Of a stretch of DNA of 64,000 nucleotides, positions 27,066 through 39,449 are shown in pieces; positions within the stretch are counted from its first letter, which is position 1, and each line of letters begins with the position of its first letter. The stretch spans positions 67,632,603 to 67,696,602 of the forward strand of contig NC_068992.1 of assembly GCF_001194135.2 (NCBI RefSeq). Reading direction: 5' to 3'. Under the pieces are notes generated by a model, which did not search any database, was not told the origin of the DNA, and worked only from the letters and a program-made list of their open reading frames with translations. The DNA is from Octopus bimaculoides (taxonomy: Eukaryota). The translations under genes were made by a program, and so were the position numbers.

Positions 27066-28390
27066 AAAGTTCGTTTCGGCATGTTTTTCATTTTCTGCCG
27101 ACGGAAATTGCGTCTGCGCAGTGGGTTATGAGAAAAAGCAGAATGTATATTTGGGAAGAAATGTGCTTATGGCGTCCTCTCTTGTAAATATACGTTCATT
27201 CCTTGACGGCTCGTTACGGAAGACGATTCGCCTAGTAAATTATTTTATTAACTAAAAAATCAGAAACCTATAGGCCTAACCATTAGAAATAGGGTATTTT
27301 TTTCTATTTTCTCTCCCATTTGACATGTTTACTTTGTGGTTTTCGGTCGCTTTTTACTGTAGAATTTACCTGTTATGAGTAATTTCTCTTATACTTTATA
27401 TGGAATGTGTTGTCTATTGACTTTGTTTACATGCTAGGCCACTGATAGTATAACTCTGTATAGTTTCGCTACCCTTTTTATTTATATATATATACTCAAG
27501 TATTTAATATTAGCATTTCAAAGTTCGTTTCGGCATTTTTGTCATTTTCTGCGACTGAAATTGCGTCTGCGCAGTAGATTATAGGAAAATTAGAATGTAT
27601 ATTTGGGAAGACATGTGCTTATGGCGTCCTGTCATGTAAATATACGTTCATTCCTTGACGGCTAGTTGCTGAAGACGATTTGCCTAGTAAATTACTTTAT
27701 TTACTAAAATATCAGAAACCTATAGGTCTAACCATTAGAAATAAGGTAAAAAATTTTATTTTCTCTCCTCTTTGAAATGCTTTACTAAGTGGTTTTCGGT
27801 CGCTTTTTACTGTAGAATTTACCTGTTACGAGTAATTTCTCTTATACTTTATATGGAATATGTTGTCTATTGACTTTTTTTACATGCTAGGCCAAAGGCT
27901 GTATATCTCTGTATAGTTTCCCAACCCTTTTTATTTGTATATATACTCAAGTATTTAATATTAGCATTTCAAAGTTCGTTTCGGTATTTTTTCATTTTCT
28001 GCCGACGGAAATTGCGTCTGCGCAGTGGATTATGGGAAAATTAGAATGTATATTTGGGAAGACATGTGCTTATGGCGTCCTCTCTTGTAAATATACGTTC
28101 ACTCCTTGACGGCTGGTTTCTGAAGACGATTCGCCTAGTAACTTACTTTATTTACTAAAAAATCAGAAACCTATAGGTCTAACCATTAGAAATAAGGTAA
28201 ACAGTTTTTAATTTCTCTCCCATTTGAAATGTTTTACTTTGTGGTTTTCAGTCGCTTTTGACCGTAGAATTTACCTGTTATGGGTAATTTCTCTTATATT
28301 TTATATGGAATATGTTGTCTATTGACTTTTTTACATGGTAGGCCACTGGTAGTATAACTCTGTATAGGTTTTGCTACCCCTTTTATTTAT
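27066..28390. repeat. Tandem array of about three ~452-bp units
   Basis: aaagttcgtttcgg starts at 27066, 27520 and 27971; units roughly 90% identical by eye. Confidence 0.95.
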
Positions 28391-28423
28391 CTGTATTAAA
28401 TATACATATATATGTATTAAGTA

Positions 28424-28458
<35 letters not shown>

Positions 28459-28789
28459 NNNNNNNNNNTATATATATTGATATATGCATACGTGTTTATG
28501 TGCTCCTAACAGTTTCATGTGTTGGGAAATACCTCAGACATATTCAACAAGCACAAACCACATATCACAACGAAACAAAAATGTATTGAAAGGAGAAACG
28601 CTAAAAGTTGAGAAGGAAATATATAGAAAACGTGGAAGGATAAAAAATGGAAAACCTAAAAGTAAAAATTAAAAAGTAAGAAAAGGGAAAAGGTTTATCC
28701 TCCTTAGACTTTAAATTATAATGCTGGATAGATAGATATCAACAAGGTAATCAGGCATAGACGGAACTTTCCAATTCTTCAAAATGTAC

Positions 28790-29345
28790 TTCAACATTTT
28801 CAGACCTAGAGTTCAGTAATGATTTGAGGATCTTAGATCTGAAAAGTATCTGAGTTTTTCAGCTAAACATATCTTACCTTTACTACACCCTTTTGCATAA
28901 GGTTTGGATTTTAAAATTATTTTCGACTTCATCACATTTGGTGTCATGCAAGATTTCAAACTTCTTATGTGCCTAGTGGCTATGCGTCTGACCATATGTC
29001 GGAACGAGACTATGTGATTGGTATAGCAATTTTAAAATTCTCCTCCACATAATCCAATAGCGGTCTTCTTACCTGTTATATTATTATCAATTGTTGGAGT
29101 AACTTCTTCCTCATATATTCAGATTTAATCACACATCGTTGGTCAAGCGGACAGGATACTAGATTGCGACAGTTACAACTGGGTCTATGTTCTTGGTGTT
29201 GAACTCTTGTAATGATACTCTTCGTATTGGTACAACAGCTTTATGATAATTTCACTGAAATTTTATTATACATTGTCCTATTTCTGTGGGTTACTGGAAA
29301 ATACGTAAGTAGAAACTAGTTGAAAATCCACATCTTATGTTAATG
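28790..29345 (-). mobile_element. Penelope-like element remnant: linker and GIY-YIG endonuclease
   Basis: VKLS*SCCTNTKSII...SCNCRNLVSCPLDQRCVIKS/IYEEEV...AIGLCGGEF*NCYTNHIVSFRH...KIILKSKPY...KICLAEK matches the PLE CNC..CPL...C / YIG...FK.RY.NH / PY..C.LCL.EK pattern. Confidence 0.75.
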
Positions 29346-29849
29346 GATTAAACAAATGTAAACTATGTTTAGCTGAAAGAGCTCAGTTTAGTTTCAAATC
29401 GAAGATCCATAACGCACTGCAGAGCACTAGGTCTGAAATTTTCAGCGTTTGTAAGTATGTGTGGAAGTACCTTTGGAAAATTTCATCTATACCTGATTAA
29501 CTTGTTGATATTTTTCCAGTCTTATTATTTAAGGTCCATGCATGTTAACTCTTTCACGTGTTTCTATATGCTATTTTTTACTTTTTTGTCTTCCGTGTTT
29601 TTCGTGTTCCGTTTTTTAAACTCCCACGTTTTCTATATGCTCCCTTTTAAACTTTTCACGTGTCTTCTATCATTCAAGTTTTAGTTTGTTATATGTGGCT
29701 AATACTCACCAGCGGTACACAGAATCCTCTGTTGATGGCCCTCCTGTTTTACAGTATCATTATCGATGACGATTTGAACTTATTGAATGAATTGTGGTTG
29801 CCTTATATATCCATATATTTTATATGTTAATGTGTTCATATTTGATACA

Positions 29850-30260
29850 CTTTAAACACTCCTCTCGAGGTTTTCAATTCTATCCAAATCTTGTGTAAAA
29901 TTTAGATAAATGGAAATTTCTAAATCAATGTGATCCGCACGTATAGCAACAGTGACTGCAAGTCTTTTCATTACTTGTGTTAGAAGTTTCTCCTTCAAGG
30001 CTGATCTAAAAGAAATATGAGTAATATAAGTGGTTGGGAGAGAGTAGTATACTAACAACATTCTACCCTCAAATACCATTCACACACTAGTGTTTTGAAT
30101 AATAGGATCAATACAAATTGCTAACGTTCCACTGCCAGACAAAACTCTTGACAGGAAAATCCCCGGAAAACCTATTCTCCAAATCCATTAAATGTACTCG
30201 ACATCATTCCACCGCGACTTTTGCAACGTCAATTCTCCTCATTAGACACTTTAATTTTGC
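29850..30260 (-). mobile_element. Possible decayed APE domain of an L1/Tx1-like LINE
   Basis: Weak remnants LILLFK and FEGRMLLV resemble the APE motifs ILFK / D.EGR.L.V. Confidence 0.3.
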
Positions 30261-32098
30261 TTAATACTGAATATCACACTGGTATGATCTTTGCAATGAA
30301 TACGGCATTGGAAATGTTTAAAACGTCAGAAGGTAGGTTAATTAGAGACGGTTTATGGCAATAACAACGAAGCAATATTATTATATTAGCACATAGCATA
30401 TATTCACATTAATAATAATCGAAAATTGTACATGTAATATATTGCAGTGTCATCGTTTTTTAGTGCATCTGTCCTCATCCTGGCAAATGCTTCCAGTATG
30501 AGTTCCGCTATACTGTTCTCTCTTGTTTCAATAACAATTTCATAGCAACATTTTACTGAGGTACAAGGTAATGTCCATCACAATCAGAAAGACAGTTAGA
30601 TATTTCCATTAAAACACTAGTGCAACCAGGAGAGTTACATTCACTCAGAATGCAAGTTGGATTCATCTTATTATGCTAAAAGTGATTCCACCCATTTACT
30701 TGTATTTGTGATATATGTTTCTGGAACCTTCTATATGGACACCTAAACTTTTCACGAGGCAATAGTTTGTGACGGAGGTAAAAAAAAAAAAGTGTCGTTT
30801 TTAGATGCTTAAACACGTCAGCTTTAATGCGGTCACATATTTAGAAGCTTAATCCCAAAGCTACAAATGATTAGACTATCATTCGAGATTGTGGCGTTCT
30901 TATTTTGTTTCGTTTTGAAACAGGCAATAAGATGTATTCATCACTTCAGCCATTTTATTCTCCCATTGTGTGAGACTAAACAATTATTTACACAAAATGA
31001 ACGATCTGAATTTCCGGTTTACAAAGGGAGATTTCGATTTATCTGAACGCCCTTTGGGGATAGACATTCATCTTTTTAATGATATATCTTCTTTCAGCTG
31101 AAAGCTTCTGATTCAGAACACTTCCAATTAAGTTTGAAATAAGTAAATACAGTTGAATTTTAAAACATACTGACTGTTTTACAATACAGTTAGGTCATGG
31201 TAAAAACGCTTTAATGCAGGTACTACAATGGCAACGGTTTAATCATATAGCGTATCGTAACATGATGCTATTAGTATTTGCAGGGATGCCTTTGATCTCA
31301 TTTAGCAAACTACAACCATTTCCCCTCATATTTGTGTACTCCACATTTTTAATGTAACTGGAGTTCTGTATTATCTTTCCGTCCTGTTTTTTTTTTTTAA
31401 TATAACTCATAATAAAGACGTGTTTTTTTAAATCTTTTTTTTTTTCATTTTATATTATTGCGACTTCTAAATGGTTGACTAATCCTTCATGTTCTTGTAT
31501 CTAAATTCGAGTACCCCCCACCAGAAAGCTTTACACATTCTGCAAATACTTTCATGCATTTGAAAATTATAAATAGCGGTTTGTAAGGTGTTAGTTTGTT
31601 CTGAAACTGCTGAATATATCATTCGTATTTTACATTCCTATGATTGCGGATTTTATTTTTAGTTATGTTTAGCATATGTAAAAGTGTTTTTCCCATGTTA
31701 TACGCAAGCCAGACACGTGTGTTTAGAAAAGGCCATGACACGTTGAAGCGGAAATAAACTTGATTCAGGAATCGAAATTAATTTTAAAATTAATTTACAT
31801 AGCCACGATATAATTGGAATTTTCGTTTTCCACTGGAAAATTAAATATACAAAAAAACGATATCATTTATCTACTTTGCTGAAGCCGAATGATAAAATAT
31901 CGCGCTGATAAATACGTTTTCCATTTTAGGCTACATACACATCTCAATGTTCAGGATATTTTCAATATGATGTTGATGTTCAAATATTATGTGTATGTAT
32001 ATAAATTATGTGTAGGTATGTAGGTAGGTATGTAGGTAGGTATGTATGTATGTGTGTATATATGTTCATATCCCACACACATGTATAATAGACACATG

Positions 32099-32150
<52 letters not shown>

Positions 32151-32488
32151 GCTGTCATGTCATTTAATATATATATAATAATAAATTACTTGACAGATTG
32201 GTAGAAGGCAGGATCAGTGGAGTCTCTCACAAATAACTTGCGATGTGCTTTCTCGTACTATTATGCTCAATGCCCACTTTTAGTTTGTCTTACTTAGTTC
32301 TGTTACTGAAAGACTAAGTCTGTGAAATCTTGCTATCAACATTGGCAGTCACCATTCACACAAACTATATCTGTTTACGTATCAACTTGAGATCATTTAA
32401 TCTACACATGTTTATAATTATACAGAAATTATTTTATTTAACACTTTATTATTGTTTTTACTCGAAAACACTAGACTCAATTTATTCG

Positions 32489-32667
32489 TGGTTACGGGCG
32501 AAATGCTTAGCGATATTTCGTCAGTCTTTACCTTCTGTGTTCAAATTCCATCGAGGTCGACTTTGCCTTTTCTCTTTTCGGGGTCGATAAGTTACTGGGG
32601 TAGATCTAATCGACTGGCTCCTTCCCAAAATATTTCGGGCCTTGTGCCTAGAGTAGAAACGAATATA
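32489..32667 (+). mobile_element. Family B tRNA-derived SINE
   Basis: gggcgaaatgcttagc...gttcaaattcc (B-box)...gggccttgtgcctagagtagaaacgaat. Confidence 0.85.
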
Positions 32668-33505
32668 TTTGTGCTTATCTGGGCTAGATCTATTTCTATT
32701 ACCTAACGTGGATCTTTATTCGTTGAAATATACTTAGATTGACTACTGGTTAACTTTAACTTACAAATAAAACTAATCCTTAGTTGTGGGTTGTACTGAA
32801 GGAAAATCGGCGCTGGATTTTCCCTATTAGATCTATGCGCATGATATTGACACATTGTCTTCATGGGACAAAGTTTGAAACGGAGAGTAATGAAGTCGTG
32901 TGGAACAAAAACATTGTTACTTGTCCTGTCAGAATGATTATAACATTTGCAAACTGTAAATATTTCACGTCTTCTGAGTAAATGTGCGTGCATCTTTCAA
33001 ATAATTGTTGTATTATCTTACATTTTCAACAATATTTACACGGTTCTCTCATCATTTTTTTCCAGTAATTATAGTTAAAGTATGACTAGACATTTCATTA
33101 GACACACATATCTAATGAAAGCAATTAATATAAAGGCAACTTCATTTAACATTAATATGCGTTTAATTGTCTTCTAAATTGAATTTACAAATTTAGTTTT
33201 TCATGTGAACATAATCTGAAGGGCAACTAATTAGATTTTAATTACAATTAAGAAAGAATATTGCAATTTTCCTCTGCCATTTGTGCTACTATATTTGTTA
33301 TATGATACATTTGTTAATTAACGTACACTGCATCTCTCGCTGCAACAGAAAAGGAGAGATGAGAGGAAATTAGATGCAATTCAATTATATTTAAGCACTT
33401 TGAATAATTTAAAACATTTCGTAAAATTATACCACACCCAGAGACACACAGAGAGTCATAAGCACACACACACATACACATACGTTCACACTCACACGCC
33501 TAATA

Positions 33506-33536
<31 letters not shown>

Positions 33537-34329
33537 GTATATATGCACACACGTGTATACACACGTGCACACACATACACAGACACACTTGCGCACGCAC
33601 ATATATATGAACACATACATATTTACACTTGGTTTACTCAGTTCAAGAACGGTGGTGTCAATGATCTTTTACAGATCACCTGGGACTATTGGAAAAGTTA
33701 AACAGAACTCATTCTTGCTATTTTAGGAGGGTGTGTCAGAGAAATGGCTGACAAATATATCTGTGACGTGTAGTACAAATATTTAATATGGCAGAATATA
33801 ACCATGTATTGTTATAGTAAATTAAACTGTACAATATTTACTATAATTGATTACGTGTTGCTTACGGAACACAATACGATGAGGAAACAGAATTGAAACA
33901 TTATATACTATTGATAAAATACAGGTTTATACGAAACTCTGAAATAATTGGCGGGGAATATATATATATACTTATGCGCATGCTAAATGCCCTTGTTCGA
34001 AAATATGAGAACACAGATAGCTAGAAAGTGTGTTTTCTGGGGGTAAATTGCATACTCTAGCGTACTGTTACTGAATGTCTCTCGTTGAGAGATTTGCAAA
34101 TATCAGTTTCCTATTTTATTACATTTGTGTCATATATTTCGAAGAAGAATTTAACAGCGCCCACCTGTAGCCCAACAGTTATTGCTGAGTGGAGATGATA
34201 AACTCCCTTATTTGAAAACATAAGGACATAGTCGTATAGCCAGCTGGAGACGATGTTTCCTGTGACTAAATAACAGTAACTCACAATTTATTTTGCTGGG
34301 TATGATGGAAACTTTCAGCTGCCTACGGG

Positions 34330-35280
34330 CAGCAGACTAAGGTTACACTTATTAACTGGCCATGCTTCGATAAGCTTGCGAAGAATTCTTGCAGTTCCAA
34401 GCAATGCTGATTTTTGCAGTTATTCTACCCTCACACTTGCACCGATCCTTTTCGGCCATACAGGTTGTTGAGTGCTGATACTTCAAAGTGCAGCAATTAC
34501 TATTACTATCACGTCCACTCTCTTCATTGACCACCAATCTTGTATTTCCCACTTCAAATCGCCATATTTGTTTATTTCTTCTTCTTCTTTCACATTGATC
34601 CTGCTGCCACTGGGGCTTGCTATGTCGATTGTCATACATGTTCTTACTTTTTTATTGACCACAACAATATCCGGTTTCCGATGTCTGATCGGTTGCTCGC
34701 GCTGGATCATTTCATCCCACACGATTATGCAATATTCATTTTCGGTGACTCCTTCTGCCGTTTCTTCATACCACGTCTGTGCTGTTTGTGGGCCTGGATT
34801 TCCGGAGAGCTCCCAATGGGTCATTATTGCCACATTGTCATGGCGTCTTTTGTATTCCCGTTGTGCCTATTTCGGACATTTCGCTAACGATATGCCATAC
34901 CGTTTCACCACTCCCTCCACACATTCTGCATTTGTCACTATCGCTAGTGTTGTCTATTCTGCACTTTATACATTTGGTCCTTAACGCCTGTTCCTGGGCT
35001 GCGTATGTAAGTACTTCTGTCTCTGTTTTCAAGTCACTCCTCCTCATCCATAGCTACCAATCCTCTGTATATGACTTGGCGTTCACATCACTTGCAAACT
35101 GGCCGTACATTTTTATCCGTTCATCCTTTTCCTTTTCTTTTTCGTTTATTTTTTGTTTAAAGTTTTCTTTCGATACTCAATATTTAGTTTTGACGACGTC
35201 GGGCTTCTTCATGTGTTTCAACAGTGGCCCAGCGGTGTTTTTTATATACGACTCTCAGTTGCTTTTCTCTGCTCCGATAT
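34330..35280 (-). mobile_element. R4/Dong-like LINE 3' portion (CCHC, RLE, 3' end)
   Basis: CRMCGGSGETVWHIVSE(C), RHDNVA, WDEMIQ...RKPDIVVVNKK...IDIA...KYGDLKWEI...LQKSALLGTARILRKL. Confidence 0.92.
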
Positions 35281-35289
35281 AGTTCTGTG

Positions 35290-35580
35290 AACTGATCAAA
35301 ACTCTTAAGCTCCTGTCCTTGAGCTGCGCATATGAGTGCTTCTGTCTCTAGCTTCAGGTGACTCCTCCTCATCCATAGCCACCACTCCTTTATATCTGCC
35401 TTGGCGTTAACCTCTTCTGCTAACTGACTATACATGTTCCTCCTTACATGCTTTTCCGTGTTGGAGTTTTATTTATTTAGAAAATAATTCTTTCATTCCG
35501 CAATTTTTAATTTTGAAGACGTTGGCCTTCTTCTTATACTTCAACAATGGCTTCACGATATTTTTTAATACACCACCCTG
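35290..35580 (-). mobile_element. Second, diverged R4/Dong-like fragment abutting the first
   Basis: WWLWMRRSHLKLETEALICAAQ is homologous to MRRSDLKTETEVLTYAAQ of the adjacent copy. Confidence 0.75.
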
Positions 35581-35639
35581 TTATCATCATCAGCATCATC
35601 ATTATTATTATTAAGATGTTGATCTGGAAGACTCATTAG

Positions 35640-35725
35640 GCAAGCTGGACGAGATACTTAGCAGTATTTCACCAATCGCTACGTTCCGAGTTCAAGTTCC
35701 GCCGAGGGTGACTTTGCCAGTCATC
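35640..35725 (+). mobile_element. Family B SINE 5' fragment
   Basis: acttagcagtatttc...acgttccgagttcaagttccgccgagggtgactttgcc. Confidence 0.65.
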
Positions 35726-37701
35726 ATTAATTTAATGATGCCTTTACTCAAGGCACGCATGAGCGTTTCAAATGATGTCTTGTGGCATGGACTCCCTTGC
35801 TTCACTGCCAGAACTAATCTCTCCTTCTTCAATTGTGATTCTAACTTCCAAAATGAGAAATAAATTTAATCTGATTAAGTTCAAATAATTCGGAAGACGA
35901 AAACGTATTAGCTTTTATCCAAATATCTGATTAATTTGCTTGAAGTTTATTTTAATCTGTTTCGGTTTTATTTTAATGTGCTTAGAAATTATTTTGATAC
36001 CATTTTGAACATTTGAAGCATTTTGATCTTCAAATATATATGTCTATGCTCTGATGACTAAAGATTTTAGGTTGATTTCATCCCTCTATATTGTCCTTCG
36101 TTATATGAGACGAAGTAATTTCCAAAACGATATTTTAAAACTCGTTATGACTAGTGAATGTTATATGGCATATAACTTCAGTTGTATTGGAAAATAACAA
36201 CAGAAATTAGTGAAAATATCACATGCTTCTATGCACCCAGAAACTTCCAACTTGCCAGAAATAACTTGCACCTCTTCAAAATTCTCTTGAATGATTGGCA
36301 TGACAGATTGTTACAAATTCCAGTCAATATATCAATTCACACTGCCATCAAATACGAGTTGTCCAGTTAATACGTTTGTTTGTGAGACGCTCCATACTGT
36401 AACTGCTGGTAAATGTTCATGATATTTCTCCATAATATGGGGTACTAAAATCCTCTGTTGTTGCAATTGTTATGTTTAATTGAGCATTTTAATTTAAAAT
36501 GTAAGCTCATCAGTTTAGAACAATTTTACAAAGTGAGCTTCTTCTGCACCTCTTGACAAGTATCAGTCTCAAAACTCAAGTTTCTGGTCCTGATTATGTA
36601 CTTTGAGAGCATGAACAAGTCTTGGAATATAAACTTGAATTTGAAACTTCCACTACACGACATGGTTGTTGCACAGATTTTCTTGAAATAAGGAAATAAT
36701 TTAAGAGGAGTCTTTCTTTGACATGTGCCCGTAGATGCCAACTATAATCTGAAATGTTTGTTGTGGACATTCTAAAGTATTCCTTGTGCCTCAGATTAAC
36801 TTTAATTTGAATTATTTTAAAGTCAAGTCAGTTGGTTTGGTTTGAAACTTCCTCCTAAACTCTGATTGCATTTCGTCTACGTTTGTGTTTTCAAACTTCC
36901 AGTAGCACTTTAGGTCAAGTTTATTTGTTCAACGCCAGGTCTGGTTCCATTTATTAATTCGTATTCCTTCCGTTTGAAAAGAAATGCAGCTATTTAAGTA
37001 AGTATACATCTGCTGGAACACCTTCTATAAATATTTGTACGTGTGTACGTATATACAAATTTATAAAGAATACTTTTTAAAGAGGTTTCTACGCATTTCA
37101 TGAATTTGATAATATTTTCCACATTATCATTATGACCAAAGGTTTTAACACCATCGAAATTGTCATTTTCGCAAAAAACAAAAACAAAAAACAATAAAAC
37201 AAAAACTTAACAAAAATTATACCAAATTCAAAATTCTATATCTAAGAATTTACAATACACTACTTTTCACAACGTTAAAGTTTAAGCAGTTCAAGTAATT
37301 TTTGGAATGCATGGCATGTTGAGTGTGTGTTTGTTTCACTTTTATTTCATAGATTTCAGTCGATATCCACAATGGAACAGATCTATCAGAAATAGCATAA
37401 ATTCGAGAGCTGTCACATTTGAAGTTTTTTTCAAGTGTCCATGAAGAAATACGTTACTGCTTACTTGATACCTGTTTTTTGAAGTTTTTTTTTTTTTGCG
37501 ATTATGAAAATGTTTTCTTCTTTTTACAAATATCCATTATATTTTTGTTTGTATATTATTTATATTTGTATATTTCTCTCTCTCACTCACCCTCTCTCTA
37601 TCCTCTCTCATCTCTCTGTATATATATATATATGAGCATATACCTTTATACGTAGTTGTGTGTATAGATTCATATATATAAATGTATCTCTGTCTGCCTG
37701 C

Positions 37702-37733
<32 letters not shown>

Positions 37734-38772
37734 CTATATATATGTATATATATATACACATACACATACATACATACATATATCATATATGAGTATTTGT
37801 ATTGATTATGATATCGAACATTGCATACAGTGGAGGCTTTCAGGAAAAGAAATATGAAAGGACATACCTCAGATGACGGTCGTATTGATCTTCAAATGCT
37901 GCGGAAACATCAATTCGTTGATATTTTTATAAGACGTACAACATTTTAAATTCAAATAACGTAAAATAACAATAAAATTCGATGAATCTTCATCAAATGT
38001 ACATCTTGCCGTTTATCTATATATAAGAATGATAAAAGTTATAGGACTACTCGTCCCTGGTGATAGCTTCCTCCAAAATGAACTTACAAAACTAGTTTTC
38101 TTTGATAGTTCTCCGAATAACTCAACATCATACGTTGTAAATTGATAAATATACAATTCCGTCTTTCTTTACGACTGTTTGTTCAAAGCAACTCTGTCAG
38201 ACAGGGTTTTCTATATAAAATGTTATTGATAACATTTGTATCGTTCAACTAACTTTTTTATTGCGTATAATAACAATAACCTTCCTCTCTATATATACAC
38301 TCATGTACACAGACCCACGTAATGCCTTCATTTTCATTGCTGCATTGTTGCTATTTTGTTATGTTGTTCGGTTGTGTTCTGCCGATATATGTGTATGGAT
38401 ATGTTAATAGGGGTAGTTATGTGTGTACTTGTGTGCGTGTAGGTGTTGCTACAGTATAACTAATTTTGAGCTAGCAAAATTGAGGAGCAATAACGTAACC
38501 AATTGCATTAATCTATCGTAAATATATTCTCTGCGACATAATAGTTTTTTTTTATAAGTGATTTAACGTAAACTCTGCACATGGACATAGTAGCGATTCT
38601 AATGAAATATTCAGTGTGAGACTATTCATAGGCATGTATGTTAAAAATGCTACTGGAGACGAATATTATACGCGTCGGTATTATTATCATTGATATCTGG
38701 GAATGAAAAAGCTGAGGTTCCGACCGTTTCATATTCCACAAAGTTGTATCAGCTTCAGTATATCATTCAATA

Positions 38773-38809
<37 letters not shown>

Positions 38810-39449
38810 GTATATATTTCATCATACATTGTTTCAGCTTGTGTGTCACTTGGTTTAAAATAAACAATTCTTTAAGGATTTAAACGCTTTTGAATAAGCT
38901 GATACATATTGTTTGAGATACAAATCATTCCTTGTGTTTATTGAAACAAAAAGAGACTTTGTAGATTAATTATAAAGCCTTTCCAGTCAATTAGATTTCT
39001 TGTTTCTTTGGAATTAATTTAATTTAATTTATCCTTTGTGGTTTACTGAAGATTGTTGCAATGTCTATTTTGCCATATCTGAGTATGTATGATATCTTGC
39101 GTATTTAATAGCGACAAAATAGAATGTAGGACTTTCGTTTAACTTTGAAAGTTGATATAAAAAGCATAGAGACCTTTTATTGACAACATTACTTACATTA
39201 TATGAAAAAAATATATATTTCAAAAGCAATTTTATTTTCTGTTTATCTCCTATGTTGAAATATTCTGATAATAGTGTTTGCCAAATCAACCTCCAACAAA
39301 GCCAAGTGATTTTTATTTGGCAATGTGACAGATAGTTGGTATAGAACTACATTTGGCACACCATTAAATGGAGTTGAGTCTGTTGAGTTTGCAAAAGTAT
39401 CACTGACTGTTTTCGTTCAAGAATTTACAAAACATATCAGTTAAATCCG

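Noticed and set aside
27066-28390. Possible hammerheads in the tandem unit (ctgaagacg on +, gccgaaacg on -)
   Set aside because: The two half-cores are on opposite strands and neither has its partner motif or stems
36051-36075. CUGAUGA followed by a CUAAA/UUUAG stem
   Set aside because: Followed by GUUG rather than GAAA
36200-36760. Coding-like minus-strand stretches (MPIIQENFEEVQVISGKLEVSGC; PCRVVEVSNSS)
   Set aside because: Multiple stops and no recognisable family
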